From positions 5,967-69,966 of the forward strand of contig CAMTWS010000005.1 of assembly GCA_947085485.1 (NCBI GenBank): a stretch of 64,000 nt of DNA, given 5' to 3'. Under the pieces are notes generated by a model, which was not told where the DNA came from, did not search any database, and saw only the letters and a program-made list of their open reading frames with translations. The position numbers were made by a program, and so were the translations under genes. The DNA is from an uncultured Prolixibacteraceae bacterium. Lineage in GTDB: Bacteria > Bacteroidota > Bacteroidia > Bacteroidales > Prolixibacteraceae. Position 1 is the stretch's first letter. Every line of letters starts with the position of its first letter. Below, piece after piece: positions 50,092 through 59,017 of the stretch.

Positions 50092-51120
50092 TTATGAATT
50101 CTTCATTTCCTTTTTTAGAAATTCTGCTGTACGTTTAATAGATTCTGCAATTGGCAGATATTTAAAATTAAATTGTTTTACAATTTTACTTCCATCAAAA
50201 TTGTTGACCACATTTGAGCTTGCAACAACATCGCGTGTTATTGCCTGAGGTTTCCGGGTTATCCAACTGGCAATTTTTGCCGACCGCCAAACGAGCTTCA
50301 ATAAAAAATCGGAAGCATAAATTTTAGGCCGGGGTTTATCCAAAGCATCGGCAATCAGGCAAAAAACGTTTTTGTAACTCAAATTTTCTGAATTTAACAG
50401 AAAGCGTTGATTTTTGGCGGCTTCAAAATTTGTTTCATCCATCAGTAAAATCATTGCTTTCACAACATCTTTCACATCGACAAAACCGGTAATTCCATTT
50501 GTATAAAACTTCATTCCATCCCAAATGGTTTTAAACATTTTGGCGCTGCCGTTTTCCCAGTTGGCTGGCCCAAATATTATCGATGGATTTACAATAACCG
50601 CATCCAATCCCTCTTCAATTCCGCGCCAGATTTCGGTCTCCGAAAAAAATTTACTTTCAGAGTACCCCGATATTTTTTTTGTAGGAACCCATTTGGTATC
50701 TTCTGTCACAAATTGATTGTCATCGAGTCTGCCCAATGCAGCAATTGAGCTGACATGGCAAATCCTTTTCACCCCGTTTTCGATGGCGGCATTTACTAAA
50801 TTCGAGGTTCCATCAACATTGTTGGCAATCATTTTCTGCCGTTCATCAGGATTAAATGAAACGATTGCCGCACAATGATAAATTTGGGAAACCCCTACCA
50901 ATAATTTTTCCAGAGCGAAATAATCGAGAATATCGCCTTCAACCCATTCAATTTGGTTAAACAGTTCTTTAGAATTTTCGGAATAATACGAGAATGTTTT
51001 TAGCACCTGCCTTAAATTGCTTGTTTCGCGTTTAAGGGCTTTTACTTTATTTCCTGTAGAAATTAGTTCGTACAGCAAATGCGCCCCAACCAATCCTGTT
51101 CCGCCTGTTACAAATATCAT
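50092..51120 (-). CDS. NAD-dependent epimerase/dehydratase
   Basis: VTGGTGLVG, HCAA, HVSSIAALG, YSESK, VNPS. Confidence 0.9.
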   Translation of the reverse strand: MIFVTGGTGLVGAHLLYELISTGNKVKALKRETSNLRQVLKTFSYYSENSKELFNQIEWVEGDILDYFALEKLLVGVSQIYHCAAIVSFNPDERQKMIANNVDGTSNLVNAAIENGVKRICHVSSIAALGRLDDNQFVTEDTKWVPTKKISGYSESKFFSETEIWRGIEEGLDAVIVNPSIIFGPANWENGSAKMFKTIWDGMKFYTNGITGFVDVKDVVKAMILLMDETNFEAAKNQRFLLNSENLSYKNVFCLIADALDKPRPKIYASDFLLKLVWRSAKIASWITRKPQAITRDVVASSNVVNNFDGSKIVKQFNFKYLPIAESIKRTAEFLKKEMKNS

Positions 51121-51131
51121 TCCTGTTGTTT

Positions 51132-51614
51132 TTAACTATTCCATGGCATAACCGGTTTTGCCCCAAATTCCTTTGCCGAAATTTTTTCAATAGCAACTTT
51201 GATAACTCCTACATTTTCAATGGCCGGTTTGCTGAATTTGAATTCGCGATCGCTGTACTGGCCCATCATTAAATTCATGCAGCGGGTTTTTTCATCAAAA
51301 TCAACAACAAATTCAACCTTTCCTTCCACCAACACCGATTTCGATTTTACACGGTAACTGCACCCAACTTTCACATCCTGCCAGGCCAAATCTTCGCCAA
51401 TTATCCAGTTGATACAAACGTTTTGATTTTTTTTCAGTGTTTCCCACATTCTACCGCTTTGAGCCGAATGAAGGATTACTGAATTGCCATCCAAAGCAAA
51501 ATTCAAGGGTAAAACATACGGCAAATCGTTGTCTGACATTGCAAGAAAACATGTTCTGCATTCTCTGATTATTTTGTCGATTTCTTCGCGGTTTTCGATA
51601 AAAAGTGTTCGCAT
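51132..51614 (-). CDS. Pyridoxamine 5'-phosphate oxidase family (NimA-like flavin-binding) protein
   Basis: PYVLPLNF, HSAQSG, CSY...SVLVEG. Confidence 0.8.
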   Translation of the reverse strand: MRTLFIENREEIDKIIRECRTCFLAMSDNDLPYVLPLNFALDGNSVILHSAQSGRMWETLKKNQNVCINWIIGEDLAWQDVKVGCSYRVKSKSVLVEGKVEFVVDFDEKTRCMNLMMGQYSDREFKFSKPAIENVGVIKVAIEKISAKEFGAKPVMPWNS

Positions 51615-51639
51615 AGATTGGTTTTATTTCTGTCAGATA

Positions 51640-52044
51640 TTATTTGGTTGAAATAAAATCTTTCGCTTGTTGATACAACTGATTAATTTCTTTAAAATAT
51701 TGCTCAGCATCAATTAAATCGTCATGAATAACCGAGTAACGGCCTTCAACGGCAAAATCACTTAAATCAATTAACCGGGTTGAATTTATTAGTAATGGAA
51801 TTTTGTTGTCAGTAATCAGGTTTACCAACACCTCCAAATCATGAACTTTTTGGTAATTAATCTGATGAAATGATAACATAGCTTTCAAACATTTCTCGGC
51901 TGCCTGTTGAAGATGAAACAATATAACTTCAATATCCAGTGCCGAATTTCCATTTTGAAAATCGTTGTTTAAAATTGTTGCAGAACGGATATCAACAGCC
52001 GCTTTCTGCAATAATATTTCATAATATTTTACGAAACCGACCAC
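51640..52044 (-). CDS. HEPN domain protein
   Basis: FHLQQAAEKCLKA, KVHDL, AVEGRY; overlaps the upstream nucleotidyltransferase. Confidence 0.88.
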   Translation of the reverse strand: MVGFVKYYEILLQKAAVDIRSATILNNDFQNGNSALDIEVILFHLQQAAEKCLKAMLSFHQINYQKVHDLEVLVNLITDNKIPLLINSTRLIDLSDFAVEGRYSVIHDDLIDAEQYFKEINQLYQQAKDFISTK

Positions 52045-52358
52045 AGTACTTTGCCTTTTTCTTCAATTTCCTTGTACACCGAACCAAATTCGTTTTTATA
52101 AAAATCGTATTCTTCTTTTGAAGGAGTTAAGATATCCTTTGCAAATTTCATATCTTTTAACAACGACCGTACAGCCCTTTTTTTCTCTGTTTTTGTTGAA
52201 TTGCCCGAATTAACAACACAGATATCCAGATCGCTGTTTTCATCAGGATTGCCGTAAACATAACTCCCGAACAAAATTATTTTTTCCGGATTTAAGATTT
52301 TTAGCCTGGAGACCAATTCATTTTTTAAATATTCAATATCAATGTTTTTACTGTTCAT
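52029..52358 (-). CDS. Minimal nucleotidyltransferase (MNT)
   Basis: IILFGSYVYG...SDLDI (GS-x-DxD), DILT, EKGKVL. Confidence 0.9.
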   Translation of the reverse strand: MNSKNIDIEYLKNELVSRLKILNPEKIILFGSYVYGNPDENSDLDICVVNSGNSTKTEKKRAVRSLLKDMKFAKDILTPSKEEYDFYKNEFGSVYKEIEEKGKVLWSVS

Positions 52359-52409
52359 AAAAATTAATTACGAAAGTAAAGTTAACCATTTTTTTACACT
52401 ATTCAAGTT

Positions 52410-54356
52410 CTAATTCATAGCCCGGTTGCCCAATTTCTCCGATAAATCTTTTTCTACCCTTTTCAGGTTCATGTATTTCGATTGTTCGTCGATTACTTTT
52501 TCAAAGTCGTTTTCCAAAAAGGCCTTATTTATTTCATTTTCAATTGTGGGCAGCATCAGTCTTATTTTGCGGGCTTTGTATTCGTTAATTATTTTTGGGA
52601 CCAACAAATCCAGGATGTCTTCTTCCTTTTCGGTAAATCCCCCGCCCCTTTTCCAGATATTGCTTTCGATAAATTTTTCGGAAAGTAAATCGGTTGCCAG
52701 TGCACTTATTTCGCTGTTGGAATGATATACAAAATGTTTCCAGGGATCGAAAATTTTATTTTCCAAATTCTCTTTTACATCGTTGAAAATTATCCTGAAA
52801 AGCTCGTTTTGCGATATCAAATCATCTTTTTCCAGCTCTGAAATCATAAATTCGCCCACACTTATTAATCTTGTTTCTCCCGGATTTTCGCCTTCAAGTT
52901 CAAAAAGCGAAAAATTACAAAATTTTAGAAGGAACCTCAGGAATACAAGTTCCTCTTCGAGAAACTGAGCAGGTTGAATTTCTTTTGGAATTTCGGGTTG
53001 CCGCGCCGCCTTGCGCGTTTCTTCCCTGATTCCGCTGATTCTGAGATCATCGTTTTGTTTTCTTTTCTGTTTTTGAACCTCGGTATATAAAACTTCCTCG
53101 TTTACATCGAGCAGTTTACTGCATTCCTTAATATAAACCGAGCGGGTAATGGTATCGGGGATTACAGCCACCGAGCGGATTACATCGGTTATTAACCTGG
53201 CTTTTGCAACTGGGTCGTTTTCGGTACTTTTTAAAAGCAGGCGGGTTTTAAACTGAATAAAATCGGTTTCGTTTTCGTTTATATAGTTCAAATAACCCGA
53301 GGCACCCATTTTTTTTGCAAACGAATCGGGGTCTTCTCCTGTAGGTAAAAGCAATACTTTAACATTCATTCCTTCCTCCAAAACCAGGTCAATCCCACGG
53401 AGCGAGGCTTTTATTCCTGCCTCATCGCCATCGTAAATTATAGTAATGTTAGGTGTAAACCTTTTAATCAGCCTGATTTGATCGGCAGTTAAGGCAGTTC
53501 CCGACGAAGCAACAACATTTTCAATTCCCGCCTGGTGCATCGAAAGTACGTCGGTGTACCCTTCAACCAGATAACATTTATCGGCTTTCGAAATATCGCG
53601 TTTTGCCTGAAAAATACCGTAAACTACCTTGCTTTTGTGGTAAATTTCCGACTCGGGCGAATTGAGGTATTTGGCAGTGTTTTTATCCTCCTTTAGAATA
53701 CGGCCTCCAAACGCAATTACCCGTCCGGCAAGGTTATGAACCGGGAACATTACCCGCCCGGCAAAGCGATCACGTATCCAGTCGTCGCGTTTAATCGTAA
53801 GCCCGGTTTTCTCGAGGAATTCAATTTTGTAACCCTCTTTTTGAGCAGCCTCGGTAAATGGCATTTTCCCATCGGGGGCAAACCCTACTTCAAACTTTTT
53901 CAGAATGTCGTCCCTGAAACTTCGTTCCCTGAAATAGCTCAAGCCAATTGTACGCCCTTCGTTTTCTTCCCACAAATACCTTGTAAAATATTTTTGTGCA
54001 TACCCCGAAACAATCATCAGGCTTTCCCGCTCATCGTTTAGTTGTTTTTGCTCTTCAGTATCTTCATGCTCAACCACATCGATATGGTATTTTTTTGCAA
54101 GCCATTTCAGCGCTTCAGGATAGGTCAGGTTTTCGTGTTCCATAATAAAATTCACAGAATTACCCCCTTTCCCGCAACCAAAACATTTAAAAATTCCCTT
54201 GGCTGGCGAAACAGTAAACGAAGGTGTTTTTTCGTTATGGAAAGGACACATTCCCAGCATATTTACACCTCTTTTCCGAAGTGTGACAAAATCGGAAACA
54301 ACATCCGAAATCTCCGCTGAATCTAAAATACGTTCTATGGTAGCATGGTCGATCAT
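52410..54356 (-). CDS. dnaG: DNA primase
   Basis: CPFHNEKTPSF...CFGC zinc finger, FGGR, KYLNSPE, VEGYTDV, YDGDEAG, DPD. Confidence 0.97.
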   Translation of the reverse strand: MIDHATIERILDSAEISDVVSDFVTLRKRGVNMLGMCPFHNEKTPSFTVSPAKGIFKCFGCGKGGNSVNFIMEHENLTYPEALKWLAKKYHIDVVEHEDTEEQKQLNDERESLMIVSGYAQKYFTRYLWEENEGRTIGLSYFRERSFRDDILKKFEVGFAPDGKMPFTEAAQKEGYKIEFLEKTGLTIKRDDWIRDRFAGRVMFPVHNLAGRVIAFGGRILKEDKNTAKYLNSPESEIYHKSKVVYGIFQAKRDISKADKCYLVEGYTDVLSMHQAGIENVVASSGTALTADQIRLIKRFTPNITIIYDGDEAGIKASLRGIDLVLEEGMNVKVLLLPTGEDPDSFAKKMGASGYLNYINENETDFIQFKTRLLLKSTENDPVAKARLITDVIRSVAVIPDTITRSVYIKECSKLLDVNEEVLYTEVQKQKRKQNDDLRISGIREETRKAARQPEIPKEIQPAQFLEEELVFLRFLLKFCNFSLFELEGENPGETRLISVGEFMISELEKDDLISQNELFRIIFNDVKENLENKIFDPWKHFVYHSNSEISALATDLLSEKFIESNIWKRGGGFTEKEEDILDLLVPKIINEYKARKIRLMLPTIENEINKAFLENDFEKVIDEQSKYMNLKRVEKDLSEKLGNRAMN

Positions 54357-54471
54357 TGTTGCAAATTTAGAAAAATTGGATGGAGAATGGTGAGGTAAAA
54401 AGCGTGTGTTATCAGTTTAACTTTCTTTTATACCTGGAAAAATTCCTTTGTTGTTATTATTGCGATTTGTT

Positions 54472-55038
54472 TTATTCTATCCAGATACATCCATAATTTT
54501 TTTGACGAAGTAACTCGTTAATACTTTCGATATTAAAATATTCCGGATCAAATTCTTCACCGCACCATTCCATTGTTTCTTCATACTCTTCATGTTGGGG
54601 GTCTGAAATGATCTGAAGAAAATCATGGTATCCCCAAATGCCACCGCAATCTTCAGGAGGACAATTTCTTTTCCCTTTCAAACATTTTGGAACTTGCTCT
54701 TTATCATCAACTTCGATAATTTTTTCCAATAAAATAATATGCTCCCATCCATCGCCAAAATCATATTCGTACAGAATTCGATCTTTTTCGCGTTTTAATA
54801 ATTTGTTCAATTTAACTACCCTCGAATCCTTGGAATCTTCTACCTCAAATTCTTTAGGCGAATATTCCTCCCCGCCATTTTTGAATAAATGCAGGTGAGA
54901 ATTTGTCCATCCCATGGTGCATTGGATTATACGGTGAAAATCAATCAGTGATGTATCAGGTTGAACTAAAATCCTTCTCCAAATAGTTGGGCTCATGCCT
55001 TTTAAGTTGATTTTCAGTTGATATACTTTTTTTGCCAT
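54472..55038 (-). CDS. Plasmid pRiA4b ORF-3 family protein
   Basis: IWRRILV, HRIIQ..MGW..SHLH.F, YEYDFGDGWEH, CPPEDCGGIWGY. Confidence 0.88.
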   Translation of the reverse strand: MAKKVYQLKINLKGMSPTIWRRILVQPDTSLIDFHRIIQCTMGWTNSHLHLFKNGGEEYSPKEFEVEDSKDSRVVKLNKLLKREKDRILYEYDFGDGWEHIILLEKIIEVDDKEQVPKCLKGKRNCPPEDCGGIWGYHDFLQIISDPQHEEYEETMEWCGEEFDPEYFNIESINELLRQKNYGCIWIE

Positions 55039-55231
55039 GATTTAGTATTAAAATTAATTATCTCCTCTATTATTATGAAATCAAATTTGTTTGAATCTAA
55101 ATGTCCCTAAAGTCAGACAGCAACAATTATAAAAAGAATCATGGAAATAAATTACAATTTTACTGCAAGTATTTTTTGTGCCGCAAATATTATATTTTCA
55201 TTTATCTTTAAGGCTGAATCAATTCTAACAG

Positions 55232-55918
55232 ATGAAGAAGCTAGTCATACTTTCTGGCGCTGGAATAAGTCAGGAAAGCGGGTTAAAAACCTTTCGCGAT
55301 ATGGACGGACTATGGGAAAATTACAATGTTGACGATGTGGCCAGTATCGATGGCTGGTACCGCAATCCGGAACTTGTTATGGACTTTTACAACCAGCGCC
55401 GGAAGCAACTTTTTGAAGTTGAACCCAATGCCGGGCATTTAGGAATTGCTGCACTCGAAAAATGGTTTGATGTAACTGTAATCACCCAAAATGTTGACGA
55501 TTTGCACGAAAGGGCTGGCAGTTCAAATGTTCTGCACCTGCACGGCGAACTTCGAAAAGTACGAAGTACCATAGATTCTGAACTTGTTTACACACTCGAT
55601 GGCTGGGAATTGAAAATGGGTGATAAATGCGAAAAAGGAAGCCAGTTGCGGCCTCACATTGTTTGGTTCGGCGAGGCAGTACCGGCATTTTACGATGCCA
55701 TACCCATTGTTGAAAATGCCGATATCATTGTCGTTATCGGCACTTCGCTTGCAGTTTATCCGGCAGCCGGACTGGTACATTATGCTAAACCGGGAGCCCC
55801 TGTTTTTGTTGTAGATCCCAACCGGCCCGAAACTTTTTTAAAAAATGCAGTTTACATTGATGAAAAAGCCAGTTCGGGTGTTGAAATATTAAAAAAGAAA
55901 CTTGAAAAACTAAAATAA
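55232..55918 (+). CDS. cobB: NAD-dependent protein deacylase (sirtuin)
   Basis: GAGISQESG..TFR, TQNVDDLHERAG, HLHG, RPHIVWFGE, GTSLAVYPAA. Confidence 0.93.
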   Translation: MKKLVILSGAGISQESGLKTFRDMDGLWENYNVDDVASIDGWYRNPELVMDFYNQRRKQLFEVEPNAGHLGIAALEKWFDVTVITQNVDDLHERAGSSNVLHLHGELRKVRSTIDSELVYTLDGWELKMGDKCEKGSQLRPHIVWFGEAVPAFYDAIPIVENADIIVVIGTSLAVYPAAGLVHYAKPGAPVFVVDPNRPETFLKNAVYIDEKASSGVEILKKKLEKLK

Positions 55919-56527
55919 ATGAATCAAAAAATATTTATTCCGTTACTGTTTTTTTTCGTGGTAAATATGGCATTTGCGCAACGGTTTGATGGCGGGGCTC
56001 TTTTAGGTTACAATGCATCGCAGGTTGAGGGCGATACTTACAAAGGATATTATAAGCCCGGCTTATTGGCTGGTTTTTATGTTGAACCCGATATTGCACC
56101 TGCTATTTTTGCCGCCATGGAAATTAAATTCAACCAAAAAGGTGCGCGTAAAAATGTAACGGCCAAAGACCCAACAAAATACATCATGCGGCTGAATTAT
56201 ATCGATATCCCAGTGTACATGGCTTTTCGCACCAGCGAAAGGAGTTCGATACTTGCCGGGGTGTCAACCGGCTTTTTAATCAGTGCGAAAGAATTTGACG
56301 AATACGGTGAATTTCCGCCTGAAGATCAAAATGCCTTTAACACCCTCGAGCTGCAAACGCTTGTGGGGTTCCAGTTCGACTTTATTGAAAATTTAAAAGT
56401 CGATTTACGATTTGCATTATCGGTGCTGCCAATTCGGGGAAAACCGGTTAATACAAACTATTACTGGCAAAACAACCAGTTTAACAATGTAATTTCCCTG
56501 GCTTTGTATTATCAAATCAGCAGGTAA
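55919..56527 (+). CDS. Outer-membrane beta-barrel (porin family) protein
   Basis: Signal peptide AFA-Q; NASQVEGD, QKGA, LNYIDIPV; amphipathic strands. Confidence 0.75.
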   Translation: MNQKIFIPLLFFFVVNMAFAQRFDGGALLGYNASQVEGDTYKGYYKPGLLAGFYVEPDIAPAIFAAMEIKFNQKGARKNVTAKDPTKYIMRLNYIDIPVYMAFRTSERSSILAGVSTGFLISAKEFDEYGEFPPEDQNAFNTLELQTLVGFQFDFIENLKVDLRFALSVLPIRGKPVNTNYYWQNNQFNNVISLALYYQISR

Positions 56528-56544
56528 AAATTAAACTCAGCAAA

Positions 56545-57114
56545 ATGAAACGAAAAATTGTAGTAGCTGTTACCGGCGCCAGTGGCGCAATCTACTCAAG
56601 TGTACTCTTTAAAAAACTGCGCGAAATTAAAAACCAACTCGATGAAGTTGCCGTTGTTTTTTCTTCCAATGCCAATGATATATGGGATTTCGAACTAAAA
56701 GAAAGTTTTGATCCGGTGTTTCCTTTTCATGTTTACGAAAAAGATGATTTTTTTGCCTCCTTTGCTTCAGGATCTTCAAATTTTGATACACTGATTATTT
56801 GCCCGTGCTCAATGGGTACTCTTGGCCGGATTGCCCACGGAATTTCAAACGACCTGATTACCCGCGCTGCCGATGTTGTGCTGAAAGAAAGAAGAAAACT
56901 GATTTTAGTTCCGCGCGAAACACCTTTCAGTTTAATACATCTCGAAAATATGAAAACCATTACACTTGCCGGTGGAATCATTTGCCCTGCAATACCTTCG
57001 TTTTACAGCAAGCCAGAAACCCTTGAACAGGCCGTTGAAACCGTTGTTGAGCGCATTCTAAACCTTGCCGGTTTTAATATCGACTCGTTTAGGTGGGGAA
57101 ATACAAAAATTTAG
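56545..57114 (+). CDS. ubiX: Flavin prenyltransferase
   Basis: VTGASG, ASGS, PCSMGTL, RAADVVLKERR.L.LVPRETP, PSFY. Confidence 0.93.
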   Translation: MKRKIVVAVTGASGAIYSSVLFKKLREIKNQLDEVAVVFSSNANDIWDFELKESFDPVFPFHVYEKDDFFASFASGSSNFDTLIICPCSMGTLGRIAHGISNDLITRAADVVLKERRKLILVPRETPFSLIHLENMKTITLAGGIICPAIPSFYSKPETLEQAVETVVERILNLAGFNIDSFRWGNTKI

Positions 57115-57203
57115 TTCAATGCTGATTCAATTGTATTTTCAAAAACTTTCATATCGCTCTGTTTGTCTATCTTAGTAACCGATTTTACAACAATTCTTCA
57201 ACT

Positions 57204-57716
57204 ATGCAAAAAAGAAATTACATGAACCCCTATTTCGCGGGGGTTTTACTCGGATTGGTTTTGTTGTCAGCCATGTATTTTTCGGGGTGTGGACTGGGAG
57301 CCAGCGGCGGACTGAAATATGCCGTAGTTGCCGCAGTTGGTGCAATTGATAAAACCCACGCTGCCGAATCGCCCTATTACAGCAAATATTTCGAAAACGG
57401 TGAAAAACCCTTAAAAAACTGGTTGGTTTTGGAAGTGATCGGAATGTTGCTGGGTGGTTTTATTTCAGGGGCATTTTCGGGAAGATTAAAATTCAAAATC
57501 GAAAAATCGCCAAATATTTCGAATAAAACCCGGTTGCTTTTTGCATTTCTGGGTGGTGTATTTTTTGTCTACGGTGCGCAGCTTGCCCGCGGATGTACCA
57601 GTGGTGCAGCACTTTCGGGAATGGCAGTATTTTCGGTTGCCGGTTTTGTAACCATGATGTCAATTTTTGGCTCTGCTTACCTTTTTGCCTGGTTCTTCCG
57701 CAAACTCTGGATATAA
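57204..57716 (+). CDS. YeeE/YedE family sulfur (thiosulfate) transport protein
   Basis: YMNPYFAGVLLG, GLGASG, ARGCTSG; multiple TM helices; AAC-N18-GTC motif upstream (57144-57167). Confidence 0.85.
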   Translation: MQKRNYMNPYFAGVLLGLVLLSAMYFSGCGLGASGGLKYAVVAAVGAIDKTHAAESPYYSKYFENGEKPLKNWLVLEVIGMLLGGFISGAFSGRLKFKIEKSPNISNKTRLLFAFLGGVFFVYGAQLARGCTSGAALSGMAVFSVAGFVTMMSIFGSAYLFAWFFRKLWI

Positions 57717-57718
57717 TT

Positions 57719-57797
57719 GTTCAAAGTTTCGGGTTCAAAGTTTAATGTAAATGAGTAAGAAAAAATAATCAATAATAATTCATCAATAATCAATAGA
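57719..57797. repeat. Two short 7-bp tandem arrays between the yeeE genes
   Basis: gttcaaa gtttcgg gttcaaa gttt (57719-57743) and aataatc aataata attcatc aataatc aatag (57764-57796). Confidence 0.7.
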
Positions 57798-57798
57798 A

Positions 57799-58047
57799 AT
57801 GGCACCAATTTCAATTATATCAGAACTTCCGGAATGGGTTAATCTGCTGCTGGGATTTATCATCGGCATTGGTTTCGGATTTGCACTTGAACAGGCGGGT
57901 TTTTCGTCGAGCCGCAAACTGGCCGGTATGTTTTACGGCTACGATACTACCGTTTTAAAAGTGTTTTTTACTGCTGCCATTGTCGCTTTAGTGGGTTCGC
58001 AGTTTCTCAGCTTTTTCGGCCTGCTCGATTTGAGTCTCGTTTTGTAA
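57799..58047 (+). pseudogene. Second YeeE/YedE protein, 3'-truncated by deletion
   Basis: GIGFGFALEQAGFSSSRKLAGMFYGYD..VLKVFFTA, then stops at LLDLSLV; the C-terminal half with the usual G.CPG motif is absent. Confidence 0.8.
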
Positions 58048-58490
58048 ATACCGAAGACAGCACTGTTCAACTGGTTGATTTGCGCAGCGCAGAAGAATTC
58101 AGAAAATGCAATATCCCGGGTTCGGTAAATATTCCTTTCGAAGATTTACTGAAACCCGATTTTTCAGGCTATTTCAACCAGAAAAATATTCGTGTCGTTT
58201 TTTACGGAAACAGCGACCAACTTGCCAACATGGCCTGGACTATCGCAACCGGACTTGGATACGGAAACAGCTTTGTGATGAAAGGTGGCCTCAACGAATG
58301 GTACAAAACCGTGATGCTGACAAAATTTGAAGGCGAAACCATTACCCCGCGCGAAAATGCCCTGTTTGAAAACCGTTACAAAGCCCGTGATATTTTCAAC
58401 CAGATAAACAGCCTGCCCGATAGTTTAAAAACAAAGTTTTTTGATGCAAGGCGCCTGCAGCAAAAGAAACTGGATGGTGGGTGCGGATGA
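58038..58490 (+). pseudogene. Rhodanese-like protein, 5'-truncated, with C-terminal GGCG
   Basis: Open frame RFVNTEDSTVQLVDLRSAEEF..NIPGSVNIPF...MKGGLNEW...KKLDGGCG*; no start codon before the junction with the truncated yeeE. Confidence 0.78.
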
Positions 58491-58532
58491 AACTGAAAAA
58501 TTGTGAAACTGCCAAATTGAAATATTGTTAAA
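58488..58532. repeat. 8-bp degenerate tandem repeat starting at the stop codon
   Basis: tgaaactg aaaaattg tgaaactg ccaaattg aaatattg. Confidence 0.7.
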
Positions 58533-58544
58533 GAAAAATGTAAG

Positions 58545-59000
58545 ATGGAAAAATTGAAGGGTTTAAAAATAGTGTTGCTTATTTTATTGGTGGTTTTGGT
58601 TTTGGTTATTGTGAAGACAACCGGCAAAAACGGTTTTAAGCAAGATGCTCAGGTTGCAATTGAAGCTGTAAAGAGCAACAACTTTCAGGTTACCACAAAT
58701 GACTTGAAAGGATCTGAAAATCAGTATTTAATTGTTGATTTAAGCAAATCCGGTTCATCTAAGTTTGAAAATTCTTTGCAAATTCCTTTTGAAAAACTGT
58801 TTGACGAAACCACGCTTCAAAAGCTAAAAGAAACAGAAAATAAAATCTTACTTGTTTCCGACGACAATTCGGTTGCAGTAAAAGCCTGGGTAATTTTAAA
58901 CCAGTTGGATTTTAAAAATGTGTTTGTTCTTTCCGAAAAAGAAAACCCGGAGGTTTTAAAATACGAATTCCAGCCTGATACTGCGGCTAAAGTGTTGTAA
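58545..59000 (+). CDS. Membrane-anchored degenerate rhodanese-like protein (no Cys)
   Basis: N-terminal TM; LIVDL, SLQIPFEKL, KAWVILNQLDFKNVFVL. Confidence 0.65.
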   Translation: MEKLKGLKIVLLILLVVLVLVIVKTTGKNGFKQDAQVAIEAVKSNNFQVTTNDLKGSENQYLIVDLSKSGSSKFENSLQIPFEKLFDETTLQKLKETENKILLVSDDNSVAVKAWVILNQLDFKNVFVLSEKENPEVLKYEFQPDTAAKVL

Positions 59001-59017
59001 AACTTATAACATCACAA

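Noticed and set aside
54472..55038. pRiA4b ORF-3 gene as evidence of an integrated plasmid
   Set aside because: The family is common on chromosomes; no rep, relaxase, integrase or att-like repeats were seen.
55232..55918. Sirtuin as an anti-phage SIR2 (Thoeris/DSR) effector, or unusual for lacking Zn-binding Cys
   Set aside because: It is a standard short CobB in a housekeeping context; as I recall, loss of Zn ligands is common in Bacteroidota CobB.
56545..57114. ubiX functionally linked to the sulfur module
   Set aside because: There is no ubiD here and yeeE appears to have its own promoter motif; the adjacency is probably incidental.
58476..58496. TGA after GGCG read as selenocysteine
   Set aside because: A second TGA follows after one codon, the downstream sequence is a low-complexity 8-mer repeat with no SECIS-like hairpin, and there are no sel genes in the window.
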